From: Mytilus edulis
Lineage: Eukaryota
Reading direction: 5' to 3'
Length of the DNA: 64,000 bases
Assembly (NCBI RefSeq): GCF_963676685.1
Contig: NC_092352.1
Span: forward strand, 2,542,001 to 2,606,000
The translations under genes and the position numbers were made by a program. Below the pieces are notes generated by a model, which was given only the letters and a program-made list of their open reading frames with translations, did not search any database and was not told the origin of the DNA. Positions 26,302 to 37,900 of the stretch are shown piece by piece (position 1 is the first letter of the stretch; each line of letters starts with the position of its first letter).

Positions 26302-28361
26302 ACGTATACACATTAATGTACTTCAAATTTTATAGGTGAATACGATATACATTATCACACAATTTTACAAGACCTATTGGCCAATGATTGGAAGTTTCAG
26401 AAAAGAGAGAAATCCCCAAGTTATGCCAAGAGTGTCTATTTCCTGAGTCTGTATATCCACACTTGAGTTTTGGTTTAGTGTGTTGAAAGAAAGTAAAGAT
26501 TAAATACGATCAAAAGTTCAAAACCATCGAAGAATTCAAATGAAATGCAGCTTGGAAACTATTGCATGTTTAAAATCATCATGTATTCTGGTAGTTTGAC
26601 AGCGCAGGTTTAATTGGCCATATCTTATAACATTATCATCTTCATATCAATCATCGTCAAGCGCAAGTATTAAGGCCTGTTGTCATTTTTCAACTTTGTT
26701 TTCTGAAGAAAGCCATTAATTCATTAGTTACATCTTATCTAATACTGACACCGACATTTATCCGCTGTTTGGATATTCAATCAGGGTTCAATGATATATT
26801 CACAGAAAAATAGAACTAATTATAATTTGTAATGTCATTGCTTCTGTAATAACTATGTAATTTGTCTTAAAGAGTACCTGTCACCCCCGGAATATGAAAT
26901 ACAATATAATGTGTTATGAAGTAGAAAAACGATTCTTTTCTTTTTATAAACAGAGTGAATTTGTTTGGGGTAGTTACAAAGTTAAAATGCATACAGAATA
27001 GATCGTAGCAATCACCCCTGAATAAATGAAACTGAATGAAATAACAAGACAATATACAGATATTTTCATACTCCAATTGTAGACTACTTAATTTGATTCC
27101 TGATCGTATGCAAGATGACATCTATATATAATAACATGAGCAACACGACTGGTGCCACATGTGGAGCAGTATCTACATACCCTTCCGGAGCACCTGAGAT
27201 AACCCCCAGTTTTTGGTGGGTTTAGTGTTGCTCGTGTCTTGTCTACTATTATTTGTCTGTTTGTCTTTGTCTTTTTCTTTTTGAGCCATAGCGTTGTCAG
27301 TTTATTTCAAATCTATGAGTTTGACTGTCCCTCTGGTATCTTTCGACTCTCTTCTATAATGTTCATTACTCATAAATAAGAGACTGTAATATTAGTACCA
27401 ACGAGACAACTCTCCATCCAAATCACGATGTATTATATATCAAAGTACAGGCTTCAACACAGAGCGTAAGATCACACCGAAAAACAAGATATAAAGTGTA
27501 AATTATTTTTAAAAACAAGAATCCAAATGTTTGATCTATATTAAAAAAAACACTTGAAACAAGAAAAAAACGTATGAACCACACCAACAATTGCCATTCT
27601 CTGTTTGTGTTGTACATTTATTTTGCTTAAATTGCTCAACATAGATAATCTTTTTTTGCGTCCTAGTAATAGAGTTAAAGTCGTACCATTTGAAAGTGTT
27701 ACAACTGTAATCATTATTTGGTTGACCGTTCTGGACTATCTATGCCACTGACCATAACTATGTTTCAAAAGTCTAAGCCCTTCATCTCCATTTTAATTCT
27801 CGGACCCCCTGAGATCAATCTCGTTTTTCGGTTTGGTTCGTATGGCGAAGTGTTTTATAGACTAATAAAATTGAGAATGGAAATGGGGAATGTGTCAAAG
27901 AGACAACAACCCGACCAAATAAAAAACAACAGCAGAAGGTCACCAACAGGTCTTCAATGTAGCGAGAAATTCCAGCACCCGGAGGCGTCCTTCAGCTGGC
28001 CCCTAAACAAATATAATAATAATGTCTGTTATGGTTGTTCACCTCATTTTATCAATATAACGAAACACTAAACAACTGTTATACAAGTGGGTGGATTTGC
28101 TTTCTATTAAATCAGATTTAGCTAGTTTTTGCTTTGGAAAAGACTTGTACCAAGTTTGGAGTATGACAGTTTTTACTCACTCACACTCCGTTGACTGATA
28201 ACGTTTAAATTATATATGTGTTTATAGATGTTCTCTTTTTGATTTAAATTGGAATTCGGTAAAAAATTTCACACTCAGTCTGATAAAACACTTCAAAGTT
28301 TTGGTTTAAAGAAACTTTATCTTCGTATTTGATTTGACCTTTCAACGGTTTTTAATTTAAA

Positions 28362-28400
28362 CTTCACTCATGAGTCTCGTGTAGACGAAACGCACGTTTT
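28362..28400 (+). ncRNA. Degenerate minimal type I hammerhead ribozyme relic
   Basis: CTCATGA (core G>C)-GTCT-cgtgt-AGAC-GAAA-CGCACG-TT; same family as 45694-45737. Confidence 0.6.
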
Positions 28401-29468
28401 ACATTAAATATTGTAACCCTGTTTTTTTATGAGTGTTAATTACACAATAGGCGAAAACAAATCAGCTGAAGGGTCTTTAAGGGGACACTAGCTACGAGAT
28501 ATATAGTTAACTAGATGGCGTCAGTACTAAAATACACGTGAAACGAAGCTAAATATTATAGGGGCTATGCACTGTAAATAGTTTATTTTAGACTTTTTAT
28601 AATTTGGATAAATGTTTTACATTGTTATAAATCAAATTTGAGAATTTGAGTCAAATTAGTAAACATGAATTTAAATTTAAAAATTTGAAACTTAAAATAA
28701 CATTAATGTTATGTATTGATCCAGTTTTTTTCAAACATTACATATTGTCAAACTAGCGACCTTCAGAAACAATTCATTTATTTTTCACTAGGCACTTTAT
28801 TCAGCACCACCAATTCTTTCATGACAATATGTTGCGCCGTCATTGCACTAGTATGTTAAATCAAAGTGCATCATTAATTCACGTCGGTTTGCAGAAAATG
28901 TCTTTTTTCAGATAGAAAACGATTTTTTGGGTAGACAGATTGAATGCTAATCGATAACACCATGAACAGCATAACGAATTAAAGCAACAATAAAAAAAAT
29001 CCGTCATCAAGAACGCCTCTTCAACGGAGTCCCAAGAACTACAAATACGGGGCTCGTATTTATCAAGTATATTCACATATGTAAATTCCATGTTTTACCA
29101 ATTTCCAATAGCTGAAACTGTATTCCTAAAGTCTGACTTTTGTTTATTAAATTGATTGATTGTGTACTCATCACCAAAATTGATCTCTCTAGGAATTCTA
29201 ACTCTAGTGAGTTTATTTGAATCAAGATTTAGACTCAATGGATCTCTGGATTTGTCCACTATCATGTCATATTGAAAATTTTCAGAACACTGATGATGGT
29301 CAATTCGAACTGTGTATGTATAGGTAGAATATGACATCGTTCCATCTAAATTATATGTTGTTGCTGTACTAGTCCTCTGTTCATAGTGGAAGAACGTAAT
29401 CGTCATTTCAACAGTGGGCTTGACTTCATGAAGTATATTAAGATAATTTAAGCAAGATTGCTTTTGCT

Positions 29469-29640
29469 AAAAGAGGGACGAAAGATACCAAAGGGACAGT
29501 CAAACTCATAAATCTAAAACAAACTGACAACGCCATGGCTAAAAATGAAAAAGACAAACAGAAAAACAATAGTACACATGACACAACATAGAAAACTAAA
29601 GAATAAACAACACGAACCCCACCAAAAACTACGGGTGATG
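29469..29640 (-). mobile_element. Family C insertion inside the TMEM151-like coding sequence
   Basis: Reverse complement of the family C 3' part, between codons ENI and QKQSCLNYL. Confidence 0.85.
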
Positions 29641-30069
29641 TTTTCTAGATATTACATCTCCCATGAATAAATTGACTCAATCTGAGTCCAAATAACACAG
29701 AGAACGATTCCTGTGCTTGAACATGCAACCAGTATTACAGATACATCAGTTTCTTTCTCTTCCGCATTCTTCTTAGCGACAGTATATACTATTACTGGTA
29801 TGGGAATAGGGAGACAAATATAGCATTGTAACGATGTAATTCTAACGTATGATACTTCATCATATAAGTTGTCTTCTTTCGCGAGAGGATCGGTCTTTTC
29901 TGTGACAATGTTGTCTCCTTTCGCGAGAGGATCGGTCTTTTCTGTGACACTGTTGTCTTCTTTCGCGAGAGGATCGGTCTTTTCTGTGACAATTTGTGCA
30001 GTTCTTTCCGCCATGTTATGTTGGTCATTATCAAATACTGTCGTGTCAAATGAGGCACTAGAACTTTCT

Positions 30070-31305
30070 GTCGTGTCATGCTGGTTATGAGTAACCGCTG
30101 CCGTGTTATGCTGGTTATCAGTAATCGCTGCTGTGTTATGCTGGCTATCAGTAATCGCTGTCGTGTTATGTTGGTTATCAGGAATCGCTGCCGTGTCATG
30201 TTGGTTATCAGTAATCGCTGTCGTGTCATGCTGGTTATAAGTAATTGCTGACGTGTTATGCTGGTTGTCAGTAATCGCTGCCGTGTTATGCTGGTTACCA
30301 GTAATCGCTGCCGTGTTATGCTGGTTATCAGTAATCGGTGTCGTTTTATGCTGGTTATCAGTAATCGCTGCTGTGTTATGCTGGCTATCAGTAATCGCTG
30401 CTGTGATATGGTGGTTATCGGGAATCGCTGCCGTGTCATGTTGGTTATCAGTAATCGCTGTCGTGTCATGCTGGTTATAAGTAATTGCTGACGTGTTATG
30501 CTGGTTATCAGGAATCGATGCCGTGTCATGTTGGTTATCAGTAATCGCTGCCGTGTTATACTGATTATCAGTAATCGCTGCTGTGTTATGCTGGTTATCA
30601 GTAATCGCTGTCGTGTTATGCTGGTTATCAGGAATCGCTGCCGTGTCATGTTGGTTATAAGTAATCGCTGTCGTGTTATGCTGGTTGTCAGTAATCGCTG
30701 CCGTGTTATGCTGGTTATCAGTAATCGCTGTCGTTTTATGCTGGTTATCAGTAATCGCTGCCGTGTTATGCTGGTTGTCAGTAATCGCTGCCTTGTCATG
30801 TTGGTTATAAATAATCGCTGTCGTGTTATGCTGGTTTTCAGTAATCGCTGCCGTGTTATGCTGGTTATCAGTAATCGCTGTCGTTTTATGCTGGTTATCA
30901 GTAATCGCTGCCGTGTTATGCTGGTTATCAGGAATCGCTGCCGTGTCATGTTGGTTATAAATAATCGCTGCTGTGTTATGCTGGTTATCAGTAATCGCTG
31001 CCGTGTTATGCCGGTTATCAGTAATCGGTGTCGTTTTATGCTGATTATCAGTAATCGCTGCCGTGTTATGCTGGTTATCAGTAATCGCTGTCGTTTTATG
31101 TTGGTTATCAGTAATCGCTGCCGTGTTATTCTGGTTGTCAGTAATCGCTGCCGTGTTATGCTGGTTATCAGTAATCGCTGCCGTGTTATGCTGGTTATCA
31201 GTAATCGCTGCCGTGTTATGCCGGTTATCAGTAATCGGTGTCGTTTTATGCTGGTTATCAGTAATCACTGTCGTTTTATTCTGGTTGTTAGTGATCGCTG
31301 TCGTA
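30070..31305. repeat. Coding minisatellite, about 41 x 30 bp (TDNQHNTAAI), next to 3 x 39 bp (29870-29990, VTEKTDPLAKEDN)
   Basis: GTAATCGCTGCCGTGTTATGCTGGTTATCA in exact 30-bp register. Confidence 0.97.
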
Positions 31306-32139
31306 GTTGTATTACAGCTTTCCAAGACTATTCTATTTTGAGATGCATTAAATGTATCACGAATGCTCCTTCGTTTTTCATCATTGGTTCCAATTTCAAT
31401 CGAGGTTAGATCATCAGTATTCTGACTGTTTTCTGATCTTCGTATTTCTAATGCTAATGCAATGAAAAAATATTGGATACAAGGAAATACAAGATATTGT
31501 GAAAACATTGTTGCAAAGACAGATATTACATTTGCCGCGTCTCTATACATATTGATTAATAACGATATACATCAAGATATGTGTAATCCAGTTTTTAATT
31601 GCGATTTTTTTTTTTATTTACACCTATGTTTATATCATGTAATAGGAAGAACATGTGGTCTAATGTGTAATCAGTGGTTTCCTAGATGGCAAATATTGTG
31701 AACGTGTTTGATAACACGCAGTACACATCTACTATGTTAGTCTTTTTAAAGAAAACAACGCATTTCTAAACAAATAGACCTATATGGAAATTGCTTGAAA
31801 TGATTCCAATATATTTGGAACGGAAATATATTGTAATATATGGCATAAAACATGTTCTCTCGATTTATTACACTTTTGTAATATACAATTTACAATACAC
31901 ATACCTCAAATACTTTTTGAGATTGAATGAATAAAGGCAACATTATTTTACCGATGTATAAGTAAATCGATTAAGCTAAAACAAATCCGGGTAACAAAAT
32001 AAATCCGAGGGAAACACATCAACTATAAGAGAAAAACAAGACTCTCTTGTGGAGAGTTGTCTCATTGGCATTCATACGACATCTTCTTTTTTTATATTGG
32101 CACAGAACATTATTAGAAAAAAATGTTGGTTATTGTAAC

Positions 32140-32445
32140 TGATAAAAACTGCTAGGACTAATACGGGATAATTCCTCAAGACAAAAACTATATTGAATTG
32201 GGATTAGAAACTCTGAAGAATAGACGAAGTAAACATCAGATTACCCTATTTTATAAAATATTACATGGAATGACACCTGCATACTTATATGAGTTAGTCA
32301 AGTCATACATGTATGTTCCAAGACAAGCATCTTATACTTTGAGAAATGCAATTAAACTTTTCACCAGCCTCTAGTTAGAACTAGATTTTACTTTAATAGT
32401 TTCATTCCTTCCACCGTAAAGCTTTGGAAACATCTTTTTCTGAGT
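32140..32445 (+). mobile_element. Degraded CR1/L2-group LINE ORF2 C-terminal fragment
   Basis: Hand translation across frameshifts gives ELGLETLKNRRSKHQITLFYKILHGMTPAYL...YTLRN...YFNSFIPSTVKLW. Confidence 0.7.
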
Positions 32446-32842
32446 ATACAAAAATCCATGTGTATATTTAGAAGTAGACCGGACAAGTTTTATTGGACTA
32501 TTGTGACTGCCTGAATAACTTGATTTAATGGAAAAAGATAGTATTGCAAAATGTTCCAACATCATATCATTTGTATCATGCTTTATACAAAAATTATTTT
32601 GGGACACTTTATATCTTGCCATTCGATGTGAGCCAAGGATCGTGTCGAAGGACTTACTTTGACTTATAATGTAACTTTTTACAGATAGCGACTTCGACGG
32701 AGAGTTGCCTGATCATTCAATATTTACAAAAAACCACTGTAGTTTCTTTTTATTATGTCGGTTAGAAATGTTAATTTGATCAGTTAAATAATGAAGTGTT
32801 TCCCTTTAACGACATCATATAAATACACGAGAACTTTAAACT

Positions 32843-33925
32843 TTACATTTGTATGCTTTTATTACAAATGACATCTTTTTTAAGTATGAAATTTACTTTT
32901 GTTGTTGACAAATTAAAAGCCAACCGATAAACCCATGTACAACATAAGACATTAAATAAACAGAACCAATCTGCAGACATCCACCAAATCTTTTCCTCTG
33001 ATTCCCATCCACTACAAATACGGGATTCATGACCGGAGACAATCTTCTCATAGGAAAATTGAAATTCTTCATAATTCCCCATCCGAAATACTCTTTGAAT
33101 GAAATCTTCTTTTTGTTTGTTAAACTGCGTTTTCGTAAATTCGTTCCCAAAACTAATTTCAGCAGGAATTCGAACTCTCGTGAGTTTATTTCGATTTATA
33201 TTGAGACTTGTAGGATCTGTTGATTTATCTACCCAAGTGTCATATTTAAAATTTTCAGATGCCTGATGATCAATCACAATAACTTTTTCTTTATAGGTAG
33301 ATGAATATGTATAGGAAGATGCATCTGACCTTCCAGCTGATCTTGTAACAGTACGTTCTTCGTAATGGAAACATACGACAGTCATTTTAATGATAGGTTT
33401 AGATTGACGAAGTTCATTCAGATATTTCACGCATGACTCTTTATTATATATATTTTCTAAGTACTGCATCTCCCATGACAATAGAGATTCTGCTTGTGTC
33501 CATATAATACACAATACTATTCCAGTGCTTAAGCAGGTCATAAGTATAACAGATAGATGCTGGCCTTTTCCCTCTAGATTTGTCCTGTAAATCACAGTAT
33601 AAATCAAAGTAGGTATGTATACGAAAAGACATATATAACATTGGAACGACGTTACTCTGGCGTAGGAAACTTCATAAAAATGTTCCTTTTCTTCTTTTTC
33701 GATTGGCGTTCGTTCTGGTACAGTCGAAGTTTCTATACTATTTGTCTTTGTCCTGTCCCGGATTGTATGTAGTTCATCATACGTTCTTCCTAGTCTTTGA
33801 TCAACCGATGATTTCTTTATGCCGTAGATCATTTTCATTATACAATACTGAATTAAAGGCAACACAACATATTGTGCTGTCAGTGTCGTAAAGACAGAGA
33901 TGACAATTGCAACATCTCGATTCAT
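32843..33925 (-). CDS. TMEM151-family membrane protein, intact single-exon ORF (360 aa from ATG 33925)
   Basis: Three N-terminal hydrophobic segments, then KPIIKMTVVCFHYEERT...ENFKYDTWVDKS...TRVRI...WWMS...WVYRL...KK, matching the TMEM151A/B pattern as recalled. The track start at 33940 is TTG; the paralog supports ATG 33925. Confidence 0.8.
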   Translation of the reverse strand: MNRDVAIVISVFTTLTAQYVVLPLIQYCIMKMIYGIKKSSVDQRLGRTYDELHTIRDRTKTNSIETSTVPERTPIEKEEKEHFYEVSYARVTSFQCYICLFVYIPTLIYTVIYRTNLEGKGQHLSVILMTCLSTGIVLCIIWTQAESLLSWEMQYLENIYNKESCVKYLNELRQSKPIIKMTVVCFHYEERTVTRSAGRSDASSYTYSSTYKEKVIVIDHQASENFKYDTWVDKSTDPTSLNINRNKLTRVRIPAEISFGNEFTKTQFNKQKEDFIQRVFRMGNYEEFQFSYEKIVSGHESRICSGWESEEKIWWMSADWFCLFNVLCCTWVYRLAFNLSTTKVNFILKKDVICNKSIQM

Positions 33926-34153
33926 ATTTGCTTTTGACAAGTTTGAAAGACACGACTCAAGTGAACAAATATCAGCTACATGTACTTAGTCAACGGAAGT
34001 ACATTCATATACATACATTTTTTTTGTATGTGTGTAGTTTATTATATCCTGTTTTTACTAGGTGCAATTCAAGTCTAATCATTTTTTTTTATTTGGATAA
34101 CTTACAGAATTTATAATAATCTGTTTTAGATAAGATTACAGGTAGCTTTTTTG

Positions 34154-34398
34154 TAAATATAGACATATTTCCAACATTTATTTTGCATCTGGAAACTAAA
34201 AGGTAAAAAAAACGCAAAATCTGTGAATATTAAATATTTCCCAAAATAGGGCATGGTTTGTGAAATAGCTGTGTTTACCAATGTTTGTCCAAGGGTCAGA
34301 AATACAGAGAGCATTTCTTATAAATATAGACAAATTTCCAACATTTATTTTGCATCTGGAAACTAATAGGTAAAAAAACGCAAAATCTGTGAATATTG
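34154..34398. repeat. Direct duplication of about 78 bp (34154-34231 and 34321-34398)
   Basis: TAAATATAGACA(T/A)ATTTCC...GCAAAATCTGTGAATATT occurs twice; the second copy abuts the PLE 5' junction. Confidence 0.9.
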
Positions 34399-36110
34399 AA
34401 TATCAATTGGAAGCAGAACTTCAAACTACTAATAGATTCTGTTGAGGGTTATGCAAAAGACTGGACAAAAAGAGAAAAGGTTGAGGTTGACACTCTTTCG
34501 GAGTTGGTAAAATCAGTAAGGTCATTGATTCAGATAAGAGTAAGTAAGCTTAAAGGGTCAATGAGAACCAAAGCTCCTTCCATCTTTAAAGACCCTCAGG
34601 TCATAGAGGAGTTGTCTTGCCTCCATGACAAATATGTTGTCGTTCCAGCTGACAAAGCCTCAAACAATATTGTTTTTGTTTGCAAGAAACACTACATTGT
34701 CTGCCTGATTAAGGAACTCGGGATAAATAACACACTTGGAAATCCTACATATACACTAAGTACGCTTACTAAGCAGGAGATCCTGGAAAACCACAAATCG
34801 GTTCTAATCTCCTTTGCTGTTCATCCAAAGGATGAAGACCAAGATCTTTCATCCTTATATTGGATTCCTAAGCTTCACAAGAATCTTTATAAGGAAAGGT
34901 ATATTGCAGGTTCTTCCAAGTGTTCCACTAAACCCCTTTAAAGTGCTTACTGTCATACTCACTGCAGTCAAAGAAGGTTTCAGAAATATTCCGAAACGGC
35001 ATATTCAAGAAGTGGTGTTAATCAGATGTGAATACTGAAAAATTCAAAAGAGTTATTAGGGAATTTACTATTTCAATCATTAAAACATTGTACCAACATT
35101 AAAACCTTTGATTTTTCAACTCTTTATACCACTACTCCACAAACTAAACTTAAAGCTCGACTGAAAGAACTCGTCAGCTTATGTTTCTTTAACAAAAAAG
35201 GCACTAGACGTTTTAAATATCTAGTTGTGGGCAGATATTCAGCTTACTTTGTGAAAAATCATACAGAGTCAAAGAAAACATACACAGAAGAGGATATCAT
35301 TGCCATGCTGGACTTTTTAATTGACAACATATTTGTTGAATTTGAAGGTTTGGTCTTCCAACAGACTATTGGAATCCCAATGGGTACCAATTGAGCTCCT
35401 CTACTTGCAGATTTGTTTTTGTATTCCTATGAAGCAGAATGTATCCAAGGGCTTGTACAGAAAGGAGAAAAAAAATTAGCCCAGTCTTTTAATTTCACCT
35501 TTCGGTATATTGATGATGTACTGTCTCTTAATAATAATAGATTCAGTTATCACTTACATTTAATATATCCAAGTGAACTTGAAATTAAAGATAAATCTGC
35601 TTCATATTTAGACCTTTTCCTCGAAATGACTACTGATGGTAGGTTGAATACCAAAATTTATGACAAACGCGATGATTTTAATTTTCCTATAGTTACCTTT
35701 CCATTTCTGTGTAGCAACATCCCAGCGGCACCAGCATATGGAGTATATGTGTCTCATTTGATACGTTACTCTAGAGCTAGCTCAAAGTACGTTGATTTGT
35801 TGAACGAGGAATACTGCTTTCTCAAAAGTTGCTAAGACAGGGCTATGAATCAATCAAATTAGTCTATATATCTTGTAATGATGTATAATATTCATCCAAG
35901 AAATTTTACTGTCGCCATCATGAGCTGATTGGCCATTATGACATAGATCATATCTGATATTCTTCCTCAGTCACAAAAACCTTCCATCATTACCGAACTG
36001 AACAAAGAAAGAACACGACGGGTACCGTATATACGGTGCAGGAAATGCTTACCCTTCCGGAGCACCTGATTTCACTCCCGGGTTTTAGTGGAGTTCGCGT
36101 TGTTTCTTAT
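34399..36110 (+). pseudogene. Decayed 5'-truncated Penelope-like (Naiad-type) reverse transcriptase with structured 3' end
   Basis: Motifs VVVPADKASNN, LYWIPKLHK, TFDFSTLYT, GIPMGTN*APLLADL, FRYIDDVL, YDKRDDFNF and YGVYVSHLIRY, with frameshifts and stops. No C-terminal GIY-YIG. Confidence 0.88.
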
Positions 36111-36511
36111 TTATTATTTATAACTGTTGATGTAAATGTCCTTTGTTTTTTTTAGTCTTTGTTTACTACTTGGTTTTGATTGTTATTGTCTTGCAACCTC
36201 CCGTATAGTCACCCAATCTATAACTTTGCCGATTGGGACATGTTGCCTTAGTGTGGGTTAGCATAACGATTTAGTTCAGGTCTTGCTCCTGGATTCTTGC
36301 GAATGCATCATGTTATTTTTTTTCTACGTTGTTTGGTTTGTTTCTTTTTCGATTTGAACATTGGTAAACTACTATCGTTTTTATTACTTCATAACTTAAA
36401 AAATCAACGTTTTCATGTGTGTTATATTTGTAAAATAAAGACGAAAGATACTAACGGGATAGTCAAACTCATAAGTCGAAAACAAACTGACAATAACATG
36501 GCAAAAAACGA

Positions 36512-37900
36512 AAAGACAAACAACAGTACATACAACACAGCAGGCAAGACAAACAACAGTACATACAACACAGCAAGCAAGACAAACAACAGTACATACA
36601 ACACAGCAGACAAGACAAACAACAGTACATACAACACAGCAGACAAGACAAACAACAGTACATACAACACAGCAGGCAATACAAACAACAGTACATACAA
36701 CACAGCAGACAAGACAAACAACAGTACATACAACACAGCAGACAAGACAAACAACAGTACATACAACACAGCAGACAAGACAAACAACAGTACATACAAC
36801 ACAGCAGGCAAGACAGACATCAGTACATACAACACAGTAGGCAAGACAGACAACAGTACATACAACACAGCAGGAAAGACAGACAACAGTACATAAAACA
36901 CAGCAGGCAAGACAGCCAACAGTACATACAACACAGCAGGCAAGACAAACAACAGTACATACAACACAGCAGGTAAGACAGACAACAGTGCATACAACAC
37001 AGCAGGCAATACAGACAACAGTACATACAACACAGCAGGCAAGACAGACATCAGTACATACAACACAGTAGGCAAGACAGACAACAGTACATACAGCACA
37101 GCAGGCAAGACAAACAACAGTACATACAACACAGCAGGTAAGACAGACAACAGTACATACAACACAGCAGGCAATACAGACAACAGTACATACAACACAG
37201 CAGGCAAGACAAACAACAGTACATACAACACAGCAGACAAGACAGACAACAGTACATACAACACAGCAGGCAATACAAACAACAGTACATACAACACAGC
37301 AGACAAGACAGACATCAGTACATACAACACAGCAGACAAGACAAACAACAGTACATACAACACAGCAGACAAGACAGACAACAGTACATACAACACAGCA
37401 GGCAATACAAACAACAGTACATACAACACAGCAGGCAAGACAGACATCAGTACATACAACACAGTAGGCAAGACAGACAACAGTACATACAACACAGCAG
37501 GCAAGACAAACAACAGTACATACAACACAGCAGGTAAGACAAACAACAGTACATACAACACAGCAGACAAGACAGACAACAGTACATACAACACAGCAGG
37601 CAATACAAACAACAGTACATACAACACAGCAGGCAAGACAGACATCAGTACATACAACACAGTAGGCAAGACAGACAACAGTACATACAACACAGAAGGC
37701 AAGACAAACAACAGTACATACAACACAGCAGGTAAGACAGACAACAGTACATACAACACAGCAGGCAATACAGACAACAGTACATACAACACAGCAGGCA
37801 AGACAGACATCAGTACATACAACACAGTAGGCAAGACAGAAAACAGTACATACAACACAGCAGGCAAGACAAACAACAGTACATACAACACAGCAGTCAA
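36512..37900. repeat. Minisatellite, about 42 x 33 bp
   Basis: Unit AAGACA(A/G)ACAACAGTACATACAACACAGCAGGC, growing out of a family C fragment at 36438-36530. Confidence 0.97.

Larger units (their letters stand above)
28879..31550 (-). pseudogene. TMEM151-family paralog with internal repeat expansion, disrupted
   Basis: Colinear with 32843-33925 (MYRDAANVISVF vs MNRDVAIVISVF; SWEM*YLENI vs SWEMQYLENI; KLTRVRIP; YRLAFNLST). TAA at 29652-29654 and 29095-29097. Family C insertion at about 29469-29636 shifts the frame. Confidence 0.85.

Noticed and set aside
28477-28680. Kolobok-like element starting TTAAGGGGACACTAGCT
   Set aside because: No matching right terminus or second TTAA target could be identified.
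29467-29636. Family C insert as a spliceable intron (ends CTCTTTTAG on minus)
   Set aside because: The nearest GT donors do not restore the frame, and a TAA lies upstream anyway.
29792-31409. Alternative-frame ORFs of 385 aa and 303 aa
   Set aside because: Shadows of the 30-bp array; only the 29652-31550 frame joins sequence homologous to the paralog.
36422-37900. 492-aa hydrophobic ORF and overlapping Cys-rich or Asn/Thr-rich ORFs
   Set aside because: By-product of a 33-bp unit that lacks stops in those frames; derived from a retroelement fragment, with no unique coding flanks.
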